Shown: positions 12,901 through 30,197, numbered from the stretch's first letter. The stretch: DNA of 64,000 nucleotides from Eledone cirrhosa (GCA_964016885.1 OZ024742.1:246760001-246824000), one strand, 5' to 3'. The notes: generated by a model from the letters alone, not told the origin. Program-made: numbers and translations.

Positions 12901-13042
12901 TGGTATGCATGAACCCGTAACTTCTGAGTGAGTAGTAGGGACGCCATATTGACATACGGCGTTTCTTAGGCACTTTTAAACATGGCGAAGCCCACCTTCT
13001 CTCCGGGTTTTAATGCAGCAGATTTTCAGAGAAGGAGAGAAA

Positions 13043-13077
<35 letters not shown>

Positions 13078-13318
13078 TGTGTGAGGGAGAGAGAGGGGAG
13101 GCAAGAGGGGCAGAGAAAGATAGAGAAGGATAGAGAGAGAGGACAAGGATGAGGGGTGAGTCAGATATAAATAGACGGGGGTGATAACTATTGAACTGGA
13201 GATAGATATAGAGAGGGAAGGGGGGAGAGAGAGAGAGGGAGAGAAAGATAGAGAGAGCAGGAGAGAAAGAGCGATAGAGAGAGTGAAGGAGAGAGAGAGA
13301 GAGGGCGAGAGAGGGAGA

Positions 13319-13367
<49 letters not shown>

Positions 13368-13399
13368 TGAGAGAGGACGGGAGTTAGAAAGTGATATAG

Positions 13400-13560
13400 G
13401 GAAGAATCGACCCTAGTAATAAACTGGTACTTCTTTATTGACCTAGAATGGTTAAAAGGCAAAGTTGATCTGGGCTGGATTTGAACTCAGGGAGCAGAGA
13501 GCCCGAACGAATGTCACAGAAAACTCTATCTGGCGTTGTAAGGAAACTGCGAATTAGTCG
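13400..13560 (-). mobile_element. Diverged SINE family A-related copy
   Basis: CTGGTACTTCTTTATTGACC...AAAGGCAAAGTTGA...GGATTTGAACTCAG. Confidence 0.7.
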
Positions 13561-13640
13561 CTTACTGTGGAGTAAGATGGAGTAATTTGCAAAATTATGT
13601 ACTCCAAATTACGTTTTATTGTACAGTTGCGACCTTTACT

Positions 13641-16600
13641 GTACTGTACTGAGATATAATGTTCTGCTATGTAATACACTGCACTATATCTTTGTATACT
13701 GATCTGTACTGTACTGTGATATAATGTTCTGCTATGTAATACACTGTACTATATCTGTGTATATTGATCTGTACTGTACTGTGATATAATGTTCTGCTAT
13801 GTAATACACTGTAGTATATCTGTGTATACTGATCTGTACTGTACTGTGATGTAATGTTCTGCTATGTAATACACTGTAGTATATCTGTGTATACTGATCT
13901 GTACTGTACTGTGATGTAATGTTCTGCTATGTAATACACTGCACTATATCTTTGTATACTGATCTGTACTGTACTGTGATATAATGTTCTGCTATGTAAT
14001 ACACTGTACTATATCTGTGTATACTGATCTGTACTGTACTGTGATATAATGTTCTGCTATGTAATACTCTGTACTATATCTTTGTATACTGATCTGTACT
14101 GTACTGTGATGTAATGTTCTGCTATGTAATACACTGTACTATATCTTTGTATACTGATCTGTACTGTACTGTGCTGTAATGTTCTGCTATGTAATACACT
14201 GCACTATATCTTTGTATACTGATCTGTACTGTACTGTGATGTAATGTTCTGCTATGTAATACTCTGCACTATATCTTTGTATACTGATCTGTACTGTACT
14301 GTGATGTAATGTTCTGCTATGTAATACACTGTACTATATCTTTGTATACTGATCTGTACTGTACTGTGATGTAATGTTCTGCTATGTAATACTCTGTACT
14401 ATATCTTTGTATACTGATCTGTACTGTGCTGTAATGTTCTGCTATGTAATACTCTGTACTATATCTTTGTATACTGATCTGTACTGTACTGTGGTGTAAT
14501 ATTCTGCTATGTAATACTCTGTACTATATCTTTGTATACTGATCTGTACTGTACTGTGATGTAATGTTCTGCTATGTAATACACTGCACTATATCTTTGT
14601 ATACTGATCTGTACTGTACTGTGATGTAATGTTCTGCTATGTAATACTCTGTACTATATCTTTGTATACTGATCTGTACTGTACTGTGATATAATGTTCT
14701 GCTATGTAATACTCTGTACTATATCTTTGTATACTGATCTGTACTGTACTGTGATATAATGTTCTGCTATGTAATACACTGTACTATATCTTTGTATACT
14801 GATCTGTACTGTACTGTGCTGTAATGTTCTGCTATGTAATACACTGCACTATATCTTTGTATACTGATCTGTACTGTACTGTGATGTAATGTTCTGCTAT
14901 GTAATACTCTGCACTATATCTTTGTATACTGATCTGTATTGTACTGTGATGTAATGTTCTGCTATGTAATACACTGTACTATATCTTTGTATACTGATCT
15001 GTACTGTACTGTGATGTAATGTTCTGCTATGTAATACTCTGTACTATATCTTTGTATACTGATCTGTACTGTGCTGTAATGTTCTGCTATGTAATACTCT
15101 GTACTATATCTTTGTATACTGATCTGTACTGTACTGTGATGTAATGTTCTGCTATGTAATACTCTGTACTATATCTTTGTATACTGATCTGTACTGTACT
15201 GTGATGTAATGTTCTGCTATGTAATACACTGCACTATATCTTTGTATACTGATCTGTACTGTACTGTGATGTAATGTTCTGCTATGTAATACTCTGTACT
15301 ATATCTTTGTATACTGATCTGTACTCTACTGTGATATAATGTTCTGCTATGTAATACTCTGTAATATATCTTTGTATACTGATCTGTACTGTACTGTGAT
15401 ATAATGTTCTGCTATGTAATACACTGTACTATATCTTTGTATAATGATCTGTACTGTATTATGATATAATGTTCTGCTATGTAATACACTGTACTATATC
15501 TTTGTATACTGATCTGTACTGTACTGTGCTGTAATGTTCTGCTATGTAATACACTGTACTATATCTTTGTATACTGATCTGTACTGTACTGTGATGTAAT
15601 GTTCTGCTATGTAATACACTGTACTATACCTTTGTATACTGATCTGTACTGTACTGTGATATAATGTTCTGCTATGTAATACACTGTACTATATCTTTGT
15701 ATACTGATCTGTACTGTACTGTGATGTAATGTTCTGCTATGTAATACACTGCACTATATCTTTGTATACTGATCTGTACTGTACTGTGATATAATGTTCT
15801 GCTATGTAATACTCTGTACTATATCTTTGTATACTGATCTGTACTGTACTGTGATATAATGTTCTGCTATGTAATACACTGTACTATATCTTTGTATACT
15901 GATCTGTACTGTACTGTGATGTAATGTTCTGCTATGTAATACACTGTAGTATATCTTTGTATACTGATCTGTACTGTACTGTGATGTAATGTTCTGCTAT
16001 GTAATACACTGCACTATATCTTTGTATACTGATCTGTACTGTACTGTGATATAATGTTCTGCTATGTAATACACTGTACTATATCTTTGTATACTGATCT
16101 GTATTGTACTGTGATGTAATGTTCTGCTATGTAATACACTGTAGTATATCTTTGTATACTGATCTGTACTGTACTGTGATATAATGTTCTGCTATGTAAT
16201 ACTCTGCACTATATCTTTGTATACTGATCTGTACTGTACTGTGATATAATGTTCTGCTATGTAATACACTGTAGTATATCTGTGTATACTGATCTGTACT
16301 GTACTGTGCTGTAATGTTCTGCTATGTAATACACTGTACTATATCTTTGTATACTGATCTGTACTGTACTGTGATGTAATGTTCTGCTATGTAATACACT
16401 GTACTATATCTGTGTATACTGACCTGTACTGTACTGTGATGTAATGTTCTGCTATGTAATACACTGCACTATATCTTTGTATACTGATCTGTACTGTACT
16501 GTGCTGTAATGTTCTGCTATGTAATACACTGCACTATATCTTTGTATACTGATCTGTACAGTACTGTGATATAATGTTCTGCTATGTAATACACTGCACT

Positions 16601-19600
16601 ATATCTGTGTATACTGATCTGTACTGTACTGTGATATAATGTTCTGCTATGTAATACACTGTACTATATCTTTGTATACTGATCTGTACTGTACTGTGAT
16701 GTAATGTTCTGCTATGTAATACACTGCACTATATCTTTGTATACTGATCTGTACTGTACTGTGATGTAATGTTCTGCTATGTAATACACTGTAGTATATC
16801 TTTGTATACTGATCTGTACTGTACTGTGATGTAATGTTCTGCTATGTAATACACTGTACTATATCTTTGTATACTGATCTGTACTGTACTGTGATATAAT
16901 GTTCTGCTATGTAATACACTGTACTATATCTTTGTATACTGATCTGTACTGTACTGTGATGTAATGTTCTGCTATGTAATACACTGCACTATATCTTTGT
17001 ATACTGATCTGTACTGTACTGTGATATAATGTTCTGCTATGTAATACACTGTACTATATCTGTGTATACTGATCTGTACTGTACTGTGATGTAATGTTCT
17101 GCTATGTAATACACTGTAGTATATCTTTGTATACTGATCTGTACTGTACTGTGATGTAATGTTCTGCTATGTAATACACTGTACTATATCTTTGTATACT
17201 GATCTGTACTGTACTGTGATATAATGTTCTGCTATGTAATACACTGTACTATATCTTTGTATACTGATCTGTACTGTACTGTGATGTAATGTTCTGCTTT
17301 GTAATACACTGTAGTATATCTTTGTATACTGATCTGTACTGTACTGTGATGTAATGTTCTGCTATGTAATACACTGTACTATATCTTTGTATACTGATCT
17401 GTACTGTACTGTGATATAATGTTCTGCTATGTAATACACTGTACTATATCTGTGTAAACTGATCTGTATTGTACTGTGATGTAATGTTCTGCTATGTAAT
17501 ACACTGTAGTATATCTTTGTATACTGATCTGTACTGTACTGTGATGTAATGTTCTGCTATGTAATACACTGTACTATATCTTTGTATACTGATCTGTACT
17601 GTACTGTGATATAATGTTCTGCTATGTAATACACTGTACTATATCTGTGTATACTGATCTGTACTGTACTGTGATGTAATGTTCTGCTTTGTAATACACT
17701 GTAGTATATCTTTGTATACTGATCTGTACTGTACTGTGATATAATGTTCTGCTATGTAATACACTGTACTATATCTGTGTATACTGATCTGTACTGTACT
17801 GTGATGTAATGTTCTGCTATGTAATACACTGTAGTATATCTTTGTATACTGATCTGTACTGTACTGTGATATAATGTTCTGCTATGTAATACTCTGCACT
17901 ATATCTTTGTATACTTATCTGTACTGTACTGTGATATAATGTTCTGCTATGTAATACACTGCACTATATCTTTGTATACTGATCTGTACTGTACTGTGCT
18001 GTAATGTTCTGCTATGTAATACTCTGTACTATATCTGTGTATACTGATCTGTACTGTACTGTGCTGTAATGTTCTGCTATGTAATACACTGTACTATATC
18101 TTTGTATACTGATCTGTACTGTACTGTGATGTAATGTTCTGCTATGTAATACACTGTACTATATCTGTGTATACTGACCTGTACTGTACTGTGATGTAAT
18201 GTTCTGCTATGTAATACACTGCACTATATCTTTGTATACTGATCTGTACTGTACTGTGCTGTAATGTTCTGCTATGTAATACACTGCACTATATCTTTGT
18301 ATACTGATCTGTACTGTACTGTGATATAATGTTCTGCTATGTAATACACTGTACTATATCTGTGTATACTGATCTGTACTGTACTGTGATATAATGTTCT
18401 GCTATGTAATACACTGTACTATATCTTTGTATACTGATCTGTACTGTACTGTAATGTAATGTTCTGCTATGTAATACACTGCACTATATCTTTGTATACT
18501 GATCTGTACTGTACTGTGATATAATGTTCTGCTATGTAATACACTGTGCTATATCTGTGTATACTGATCTGTACTGTACTGTGATGTAATGTTCTGCTAT
18601 GTAATACACTGTAGTATATCTTTGTATACTGATCTGTACTGTACTGTGATGTAATGTTCTGCAATGTAATACACTGTACTATATCTTTGTATATTGATCT
18701 GTACTGTACTGTGATATAATGTTCTGCTATGTAATACACTGTACTATATCTTTGTATACTGATCTGTACTGTACTGTGATGTAATGTTCTGCTATGTAAT
18801 ACACTGTACTATATCTGTGTATACTGATCTGTACTGTACTGTGATGTAATGTTCTGCTATGTAATACACTGTACTATATCTTTGTATACTGATCTGTACT
18901 GTACTGTGATATGATATTCTGCTATGTAATACACTGTACTATATCTTTGTATACTGATCTGTACTGTACTGTGATGTAATGTTCTGCTATGTAATACACT
19001 GCACTATATCTTTGTATACTGATCTGTACTGTACTGTGATATAATGTTCTGCTATGTAATACACTGTACTATATCTGTGTATACTGATCTGTAGTGTAAT
19101 GTGATGTAATGTTCTGCTATGTAATACACTGTAGTATATCTTTGTATACTGATCTGTACTGTACTGTGATGTAATGTTCTGCTATGTAATACTCTGCACT
19201 ATATCTTTGTATACTGATCTGTACTGTACTGTGCCGTAATGTTCTGCTATGTAATACTCTGCACTATATCTTTGTATACTGATCTGTACTGTACTGTGAT
19301 ATAATGTTCTGCTATGTAATACGCTGTACTATATCTGTGTATACTGATCTGTACTGTACTGTGATGTAATGTTCTGCTATGTAATACTCTGTACTATATC
19401 TTTGTATACTGATCTGTACTGTACTGTGATATAATGTTCTGCTATGTAATACACTGTACTATATCTTTGTATAATGATCTGTACTGTATTATGATATAAT
19501 GTTCTGCTATGTAATACACTGTACTATATCTTTGTATACTGATCTGTACTGTACTGTGATGTAATGTTCTGCTATGTAATACACTGTACTATATCTTTGT

Positions 19601-22600
19601 ATACTGATCTGTACTGTACTGTGATGTAATGTTCTGCTATGTAATACACTGTACTATACCTTTGTATACTGATTTGTACTGTACTGTGATATAATGTTCT
19701 CCTATGTAATACACTGTACTATATCTTTGTATACTGATCTGTACTGTACTGTGATATAATGTTCTGCTATGTAATACACTGTACTATATCTTTGTATACT
19801 GATCTGTACTGTACTGTGATATAATGTTCTGCTATGTAATACACTGTACTATATCTTTGTATACTGATCTGTACTGTACTGTGCTGTAATGTTCTGCTAT
19901 GCAATACACTGTACTATATCTTTGTATACTGATCTGTACTGTACTGTGATATAATGTTCTGCTATGTAATACACTGTACTATATCTTTGTATACTGATCT
20001 GCACTGTACTGTGATGTAATGTTCTGCTATGTAATACACTGCACTATATCTTTGTATACTGATCTGTACTGTACTGTGATATAACGTTCTGCTATGTAAT
20101 ACTCTGTACTATATCTTTGTATACTGATCTGTACTGTACTGTGATATAATGTTCTGCTATGTAATACACTGTACTATATCTTTGTATACTGATCTGTACT
20201 GTACTGTGATGTAATGTTCTGCTATGTAATACACTGTAGTATATCTTTGTATACTGATCTGTACTGTACTGTGATGTAATGTTCTGCTATGTAATACACT
20301 GCACTATATCTTTGTATACTGATCTGTACCGTACTGTGATATAATGTTCTGCTATGTAATACACTGTACTATATCTTTGTATACTGATCTGTATTGTACT
20401 GTGATGTAATGTTCTGCTATGTAATACACTGTAGTATATCTTTGTATACTGATCTGTACTGTACTGTGATGTAATGTTCTGCTATGTAATACACTGTACT
20501 ATATCTTTGTATACTGATCTGTACTGTACTGTGATATAATGTTCTGCTATGTAATACACTGTACTATATCTTTGTATACTGATCTGTACTGTACTGTGAT
20601 GTAATGTTCTGCTATGTAATACACTGCACTATATCTTTGTATACTGATCTGTACTGTACTGTGATATAATGTTCTGCTATGTAATACACTGTACTATATC
20701 TGTGTATACTGATCTGTACTGTACTGTGATGTAATGTTCTGCTTTGTAATACACTGTAGTATATCTTTGTATACTGATCTGTACTGTACTGTGATGTAAT
20801 GTTCTGCTATGTAATACACTGTACTATATCTTTGTATACTGATCTGTACTGTACTGTGATATAATGTTCTGCTATGTAATACACTGTACTATATCTGTGT
20901 ATACTGATCTGTACTGTACTGTGATGTAATGTTCTGCTATGTAATACACTGTAGCATATCTTTGTATACTGATCTGTACTGTACTGTGATGTAATGTTCT
21001 GCTATGTAATACACTGCACTATATCTTTGTATACTGATCTGTACTGTACTGTGATATAATGTTCTGCTATGTAATACACTGTACTATATCTGTGTATACT
21101 GATCTGTACTGTACTGTGATGTAATGTTCTGCTTTGTAATACACTGTAGTATATCTTTGTATACTGATCTGTACTGTACTGTGATGTAATGTTCTGCTAT
21201 GTAATACACTGTACTATATCTTTGTATACTGATCTGTACTGTACTGTGATATAATGTTCTGCTATGTAATACACTGTACTATATCTTTGTATACTGATCT
21301 GTACTGTACTGTGATGTAATGTTCTGCTATGTAATACACTGCACTATATCTTTGTATACTGATCTGTACTGTACTGTGATATAATGTTCTGCTATTTAAT
21401 ACACTGTACTATATCTGTGTATACTGATCTGTACTGTACTGTGATGTAATGTTCTGCTATGTAATACACTGTAGTATATCTTTGTATACTGATCTGTACT
21501 GTACTGTGATATAATGTTCTGCTATGTAATACTCTGCACTATATCTTTGTATACTTATCTGTACTGTACTGTGATATAATGTTCTGCTATGTAATACACT
21601 GTACTATATCTTTGTATACTGATCTGTACTGTACTGTGCTGTAATGTTCTGCTATGTAATACTCTGTACTATATCTGTGTATACTGATCTGTACTGTACT
21701 GTGCTGTAATGTTCTGCTATGTAATACACTGTACTATATCTTTGTATACTGATCTGTACTGTACTGTGATGTAATGTTCTGCTATGTAATACACTGTACT
21801 ATATATGTGTATACTGACCTGTACTGTACTGTGCTGTAATGTTCTGCTATGTAATACACTGCACTATATCTTTGTATACTGATCTGTACTGTACTGTGAT
21901 ATAATGTTCTGCTATGTAATACACTGTACTATATCTGTGTATACTGATCTGTACTGTAATGTGATATAATCTTCTGCTATGTAATACACTGTACTATATC
22001 TTTGTATACTGATCTGTACTGTACTGTAATGTAATGTTCTGCTATGTAATACACTGCACTATATCTTTGTATACTGATCTGTACTGTACTGTGATATAAT
22101 GTTCTGCTATGTAATACACTGTGCTATATCTGTGTATACTGATCTGTACTGTACTGTGATGTAATGTTCTGCTATGTAATACACTGTAGTATATCTTTGT
22201 ATACTGATCTGTACTGTACTGTGATGTAATGTTCTGCAATGTAATACACTGTACTATATCTTTGTATATTGATCTGTACTGTACTGTGATATAATGTTCT
22301 GCTCTGTAATACACTGTACTATATCTTTGTATACTGATCTGTACTGTACTGTGATGTAATGTTCTGCTATGTAATACACTGTACTATATCTGTGTATACT
22401 GATCTGTACTGTACTGTGATGTAATGTTCTGCTATGTAATACACTGTACTATATCTTTGTATACTGATCTATTCTGTACTGTGATATGATATTCTGCTAT
22501 GTAATACACTGTACTATATCTTTGTATACTGATCTGTACTGTACTGTGATGTAATGTTCTGCTATGTAATACACTGCACTATATCTTTGTATACTGATCT

Positions 22601-25600
22601 GTACTGTACTGTGATATAATGTTCTGCTATGTAATACACTGCACTATATCTTTGTATACTGATCTGTACTGTACTGTGATATAACGTTCTGCTATGTAAT
22701 ACTCTGTACTATATCTTTGTATACTGATCTGTACTGTACTGTGATATAATGTTCTGCTATGTAATACACTGTACTATATCTTTGTATACTGATCTGTACT
22801 GTACTGTGATGTAATGTTCTGCTATGTAATACACTGTAGTATATCTTTGTATACTGATCTGTACTGTACTGTGATGTAATGTTCTGCTATGTAATACACT
22901 GCACTATATCTTTGTATACTGATCTGTACCGTACTGTGATATAATGTTCTGCTATGTAATACACTGTACTATATCTTTGTATACTGATCTGTATTGTACT
23001 GTGATGTAATGTTCTGCTGTGTAATACACTGTAGTATATCTTTGTATACTGATCTGTACTGTACTGTGATATAATGTTCTGCTATGTAATACTCTGCACT
23101 ATATCTTTGTATACTGATCTGTACTGTACTGTGATATAATGTTCTGCTATGTAATACACTGTAGTATATCTGTGTATACTGATATGTACTGTACTGTGCT
23201 GTAATGTTCTGCTATGTAATACACTGTACTATATCTTTGTATACTGATCTGTACTGTACTGTGATGTAATGTTCTGCTATGTAATACACTGTACTATATC
23301 TGTGTATACTGACCTGTACTGTACTGTGATGTAATGTTCTGCTATGTAATACACTGCACTATATCTTTGTATACTGATCTGTACTGTACTGTGCTGTAAT
23401 GTTCTGCTATGTAATACACTGCACTATATCTTTGTATACTGATCTGTACAGTACTGTGATATAATGTTCTGCTATGTAATACACTGTACTATATCTGTGT
23501 ATACTGATCTGTACTGTACTGTGATGTAATGTTCTGCTATGTAATACACTGTAGTATATCTTTGTATACTGATCTGTACTGTACTGTGATGTAATGTTCT
23601 GCTATGTAATACACTGTACTATATCTTTGTATACTGATCTGTACTGTACTGTGATATAATGTTCTGCTATGTAATACACTGTACTATATCTTTGTATACT
23701 GATCTGTACTGTACTGTGATGTAATGTTCTGCTATGTAATACACTGCACTATATCTTTGTATACTGATCTGTACTGTACTGTGATATAATGTTCTGCTAT
23801 GTAATACACTGTACTATATCTGTGTATACTGATCTGTACTGTACTGTGATGTAATGTTCTGCTTTGTAATACACTGTAGTATATCTTTGTATACTGATCT
23901 GTACTGTACTGTGATGTAATGTTCTGCTATGTAATACACTGTACTATATCTTTGTATACTGATCTGTACTGTACTGTGATATAATGTTCTGCTATGTAAT
24001 ACACTGTACTATATCTGTGTATACTGATCTGTACTGTACTGTGATGTAATGTTCTGCTATGTAATACACTGTAGCATATCTTTGTATACTGATCTGTACT
24101 GTACTGTGATGTAATGTTCTGCTATGTAATACACTGCACTATATCTTTGTATACTGATCTGTACTGTACTGTGATATAATGTTCTGCTATGTAATACACT
24201 GTACTATATCTGTGTATACTGATCTGTACTGTACTGTGATGTAATGTTCTGCTTTGTAATACACTGTAGTATATCTTTGTATACTGATCTGTACTGTACT
24301 GTGATGTAATGTTCTGCTATGTAATACACTGTAGTATATCTTTGTATACTGATCTGTACTGTACTGTGATATAATGTTCTGCTATGTAATACACTGTACT
24401 ATATCTTTGTATACTGATCTGTACTGTACTGTGATGTAATGTTCTGCTATGTAATACACTGCACTATATCTTTGTATACTGATCTGTACTGTACTGTGAT
24501 ATAATGTTCTGCTATGTAATACACTGTACTATATCTGTGTATACTGATCTGTACTGTACTGTGATGTAATGTTCTGCTATGTAATACACTGTAGTATATC
24601 TTTGTATACTGATCTGTACTGTACTGTGATATAATGTTCTGCTATGTAATACTCTGCACTATATCTTTGTATACTTATCTGTACTGTACTGTGATATAAT
24701 GTTCTGCTATGTAATACACTGTACTATATCTTTGTATACTGATCTGTACTGTACTGTGCTGTAATGTTCTGCTATGTAATACTCTGTACTATATCTGTGT
24801 ATACTGATCTGTACTGTACTGTGCTGTAATGTTCTGCTATGTAATACACTGTACTATAACTTTGTATACTGATCTGTACTGTACTGTGATGTAATGTTCT
24901 GCTATGTAATACACTGTACTATATCTGTGTATACTGACCTGTACTGTACTGTGCTGTAATGTTCTGCTATGTAATACACTGCACTATATCTTTGTATACT
25001 GATCTGTACTGTACTGTGATATAATGTTCTGCTATGTAATACACTGTACTATATCTGTGTATACTGATCTGTACTGTACTGTGATATAATGTTCTGCTAT
25101 GTAATACACTGTACTATATCTTTGTATACTGATCTGTACTGTACTGTAATGTAATGTTCTGCTATGTAATACACTGCACTATATCTTTGTATACTGATCT
25201 GTACTGTACTGTGATATAATGTTCTGCTATGTAATACACTGTGCTATATCTGTGTATACTGATCTGTACTGTACTGTGATGTAATGTTCTGCTATGTAAT
25301 ACACTGTAGTATATCTTTGTATACTGATCTGTACTGTACTGTGATGTAATGTTCTGCAATGTAATACACTGTACTATATCTTTGTATATTGATCTGTACT
25401 GTACTGTGATATAATGTTCTGCTCTGTAATACACTGTACTATATCTTTGTATACTGATCTGTACTGTACTGTGATGTAATGTTCTGCTATGTAATACACT
25501 GTACTATATCTGTGTATACTGATCTGTACTGTACTGTGATGTAATGTTCTGCTATGTAATACACTGTACTATATCTTTGTATACTGATCTGTACTGTACT

Positions 25601-26510
25601 GTGATATGATATTCTGCTATGTAATACACTGTACTATATCTTTGTATACTGATCTGTACTGTACTGTGATGTAATGTTCTGCTATGTAATACACTGCACT
25701 ATATCTTTGTATACTGATCTGTACTGTACTGTGATATAATGTTCTGCTATATAATACACTGTACTATATCTGTGTATACTGATCTGTAGTGTAATGTGAT
25801 GTAATGTTCTGCTATGTAATACACTGTAGTATATCTTTGTATACTGATCTGTACTGTACTGTGATGTAATGTTCTGCTATGTAATACTCTGCACTATATC
25901 TTTGTATACTGATCTGTACTGTACTGTGCCGTAATGTTCTGCTATGTAATACTCTGCACTATATCTTTGTATACTGATCTGTACTGTACTGTGATATAAT
26001 GTTCTGCTATGTAATACGCTGTACTATATCTGTGTTTACTGATCTGTACTGTACTGTGATGTAATGTTCTGCTATGTAATACTCTGCACTATATCTTTGT
26101 ATACTGATCTGTACTGTACTGTGATGTAATGTTCTGCTATGTAATACACTGTACTATATCTTTGTATACTGATCTGTACTGTACTCTGATGTAATGTTAT
26201 GCTATGTAATACTCTGCACTATATCTTTGTATACTGATCTGTACTGTACTGTGATATAATGTTCTGCTATGTAATACACTGTACTATATCTTTGTATACT
26301 GATCTGTACTGTACTGTGCTGTAATGTTCTGCTATGTCATACACTGCACTATATCTTTGTATACTGATCTGTACTGTACTGTGCTGTAATGTTCTGCTAT
26401 GTCATACACTGCACTATATCTTTGTATACTGATCTGTACTGTACTGTGCTGTAATGTTCTGCTATGTCATACACTGCACTATATCTTTGTATATTGACCT
26501 GTACTGTACT
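13641..26510. repeat. Satellite DNA, ~198 tandem copies of a 65-bp unit
   Basis: Consensus GTACT GTACT GTGAT RTAAT GTTCT GCTAT GTAAT ACACT GTACT ATATC TTTGT ATACT GATCT (13 pentamers). Confidence 0.99.
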
Positions 26511-26738
26511 CTATAGGTGTGTTTTGCGTTGCACTGTATTCTCTTCTATAAATGTGTACTCTACTGTTCTGTATTGTATATGTGTATTTTATACTACACT
26601 GTACAGTTATGTACATGAAAATCATATTTTCACAGAAACAGCAAAACGTCCTTAATTATTGGAAATTTCACTTTATGCTTTGAAACCAGCTAAGTGTATT
26701 ATGGCCTGAAGTTTGTATTTAAATACTTTCTTTAAGAA

Positions 26739-26807
<69 letters not shown>

Positions 26808-26929
26808 TACAGATATACACTATACGCCAACACACAGACACACTCAAATATATGTGTGTATATGCATATGTATATATATTTATAAGCTAATAAAAGTACA
26901 TATAGAGAAATATATGTGTGCGTATCTGC

Positions 26930-26979
<50 letters not shown>

Positions 26980-27275
26980 ATGCGTGTGTATGTATATGTG
27001 TGTGTGTGTGCGCGTCAGTACAAAATGTAAAAAGAAAAAATTATTAAAAAAAAAATACCTGTTTCTTTGTGTTTCTATGTTTAAAAATGAAACAAATCAT
27101 TGAAAATAGGCTTTCAAGATATGCACGTATCCGGGAAAATATATTTCTCTGTAGACTTACATAGGTAGTTAGATATATGTGGCTATTGATATAAACACGC
27201 ATTCTCAAGTACAATTCTTTCTTTCTCTTTCTCTCGCTCTCCTTGCACACACACACACACATACACGCATATATT

Positions 27276-27327
<52 letters not shown>

Positions 27328-27804
27328 CACATACATACATACATTTATACATCCATACATCCAAACATTTATATATATATGTGTACACACACACACAAAC
27401 ACACACATATATATATATATATGTGTATGTAAATATATATGTAGTATATATATATATGTATGTATGTATACCGGTATGTGTGTGGACTCAAATAATTATG
27501 CGTATAATTAAATATAACGATGGCATTGCAAAATATTGCAATTCTCAAGTCCATGAACACACACTCAGAACACACACTCAGTCATATACACGCGCACACA
27601 CACACACACATATATATATATGCACACCCATAGATAGGCCTGGCAAATTACTACCTTTTTGTAAATGCAACTCATGAATTAAATCGTTATTTCTAAGTTG
27701 AAGCTTTATTAGATTAAACCCTGTTACAACCAAAAGTCTCTTTACATTTTCACTTTATATGTTACAAATAACAACTAAATAAAATAAAATAAAAATTGTT
27801 GATC

Positions 27805-28013
27805 GGCTTTCGTTAAATCGGACCGAGGAAACAATGTTTCCGTTGGTCTTTCCAATTGCTAATAGTATCTATCGGTCGCAACTCCAGGTAGAATGAGCAA
27901 CGTGAAATAAAGTGTCTTGCTCAAGGACATAACGCATCGCCGGATCCAGGAATGGAACTTACAACCTCACTATTGCGAATCCAGTTTTCTAACCAATCAT
28001 CCACACGCCTTCA
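27805..28013 (-). mobile_element. tRNA-derived SINE family B
   Basis: Minus strand: GTGAAGGCGTGTGGA..GGTTAGA head, then GTTATGTCCTTGAGCAAGACACTTTATTTCACGTTG; paralogous to 28393-28603. Confidence 0.75.
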
Positions 28014-28392
28014 CAACTATAACAACTAAATCTGTTCCTGGCTGTGTACTCGAACGTGTGACTGAGTCTCTCTTCGTGGTCGCTCGGTCTGCTAGGCATA
28101 GCAGTTCATTGTCTCCGTTTAGTCGTTTATGTGGACTTCAATCTGCTACAATCATTTGACAGTAATTTACATATCTTGAGGCGGGACATTACTACTGATT
28201 TCATGGAGTGGCGGGCTCCAACATTTAGAGGAGGTATCGTAATATCACAACTGGAATCGATCTTCAACAAATGTCTACTCAAGGTGATACCTACGCCATG
28301 AAATATATAAGAAATGAGTCATTACATATTTAATTGGGTTCATTTTACAGAAACATAGTTCAACTCCAGTGAATATACATAAAGGAACGATA

Positions 28393-28603
28393 GACTTTCG
28401 TCAAATCGGATCAAGGAAACAATGTTTCCATTTGTCTTTCCAATGGCTAATACTATATATCGGTCGCGACTCTAGGTAGATGGAACAACGTGAAATAAAA
28501 TGTCTTGCTCAAGGACATAACGAATCGCGCGGTCCGGGAATCGAAGTCACAACCTCACGATTGCGAATCCAATTCTCTAACCACCCAGCCACATGCCTTC
28601 ACA
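28393..28603 (-). mobile_element. tRNA-derived SINE family B
   Basis: Diverged duplicate of 27805-28013; B-box-like CTTCGATTCCC. Confidence 0.75.
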
Positions 28604-28899
28604 TATACATAAGGCACCTATATTAATAGGCTGCTTTTAGTCAATACGTCTCCAAAATATATTTTATATATTTCAAGATATTATTGTAAGTGATAGGGCA
28701 TATAAGACCCTTGATTACGTATTTCCTTACGGTTGTTTAAATAATACAGATACATTTGATGACATCCGAATTATGCTTGAAAAACGGTTAAAGGTATATA
28801 TATCATCTTTGCTTATTTGCCAGGATATAGTATTTTGTGTAGAGTATGGATAATATTATATCTGCCATTAAAGAGAACTGAGCCTGACCATCCTGTAAT

Positions 28900-29125
28900 A
28901 ATAATAATGGTTTCTTATTTAGACACAAGGTCAGCAATTTTTGGGGAAGGGAAAGTCGATTAAATTGATCCCAGTGCGTGACTGGTACTTTATTTTATGA
29001 ACCCTGTAAGGATGAAAGGCTAAGTTAACCCCGGCAGGATTTGAACTTTGACCATTAAGGGCCGTAACTCTATGCTGCAAAGCATGGTGTCTGACTCTCT
29101 ACCATTACTGTCAATCCACCGCCCT
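28900..29125 (-). mobile_element. SINE family A (long form)
   Basis: Core and boxes as above. Confidence 0.88.
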
Positions 29126-29195
29126 TGTAATAATAATAATACCAATGGTAATAATATATATATATACACATGAGGAGAAAAGAGAAAGACAGACA

Positions 29196-30197
<1,002 letters not shown>

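Noticed and set aside
13641-26510. CRISPR-like array, or coding ORFs at 18467, 22042 and 25162
   Set aside because: No unique spacers; the ORFs are chance read-throughs of variant satellite units
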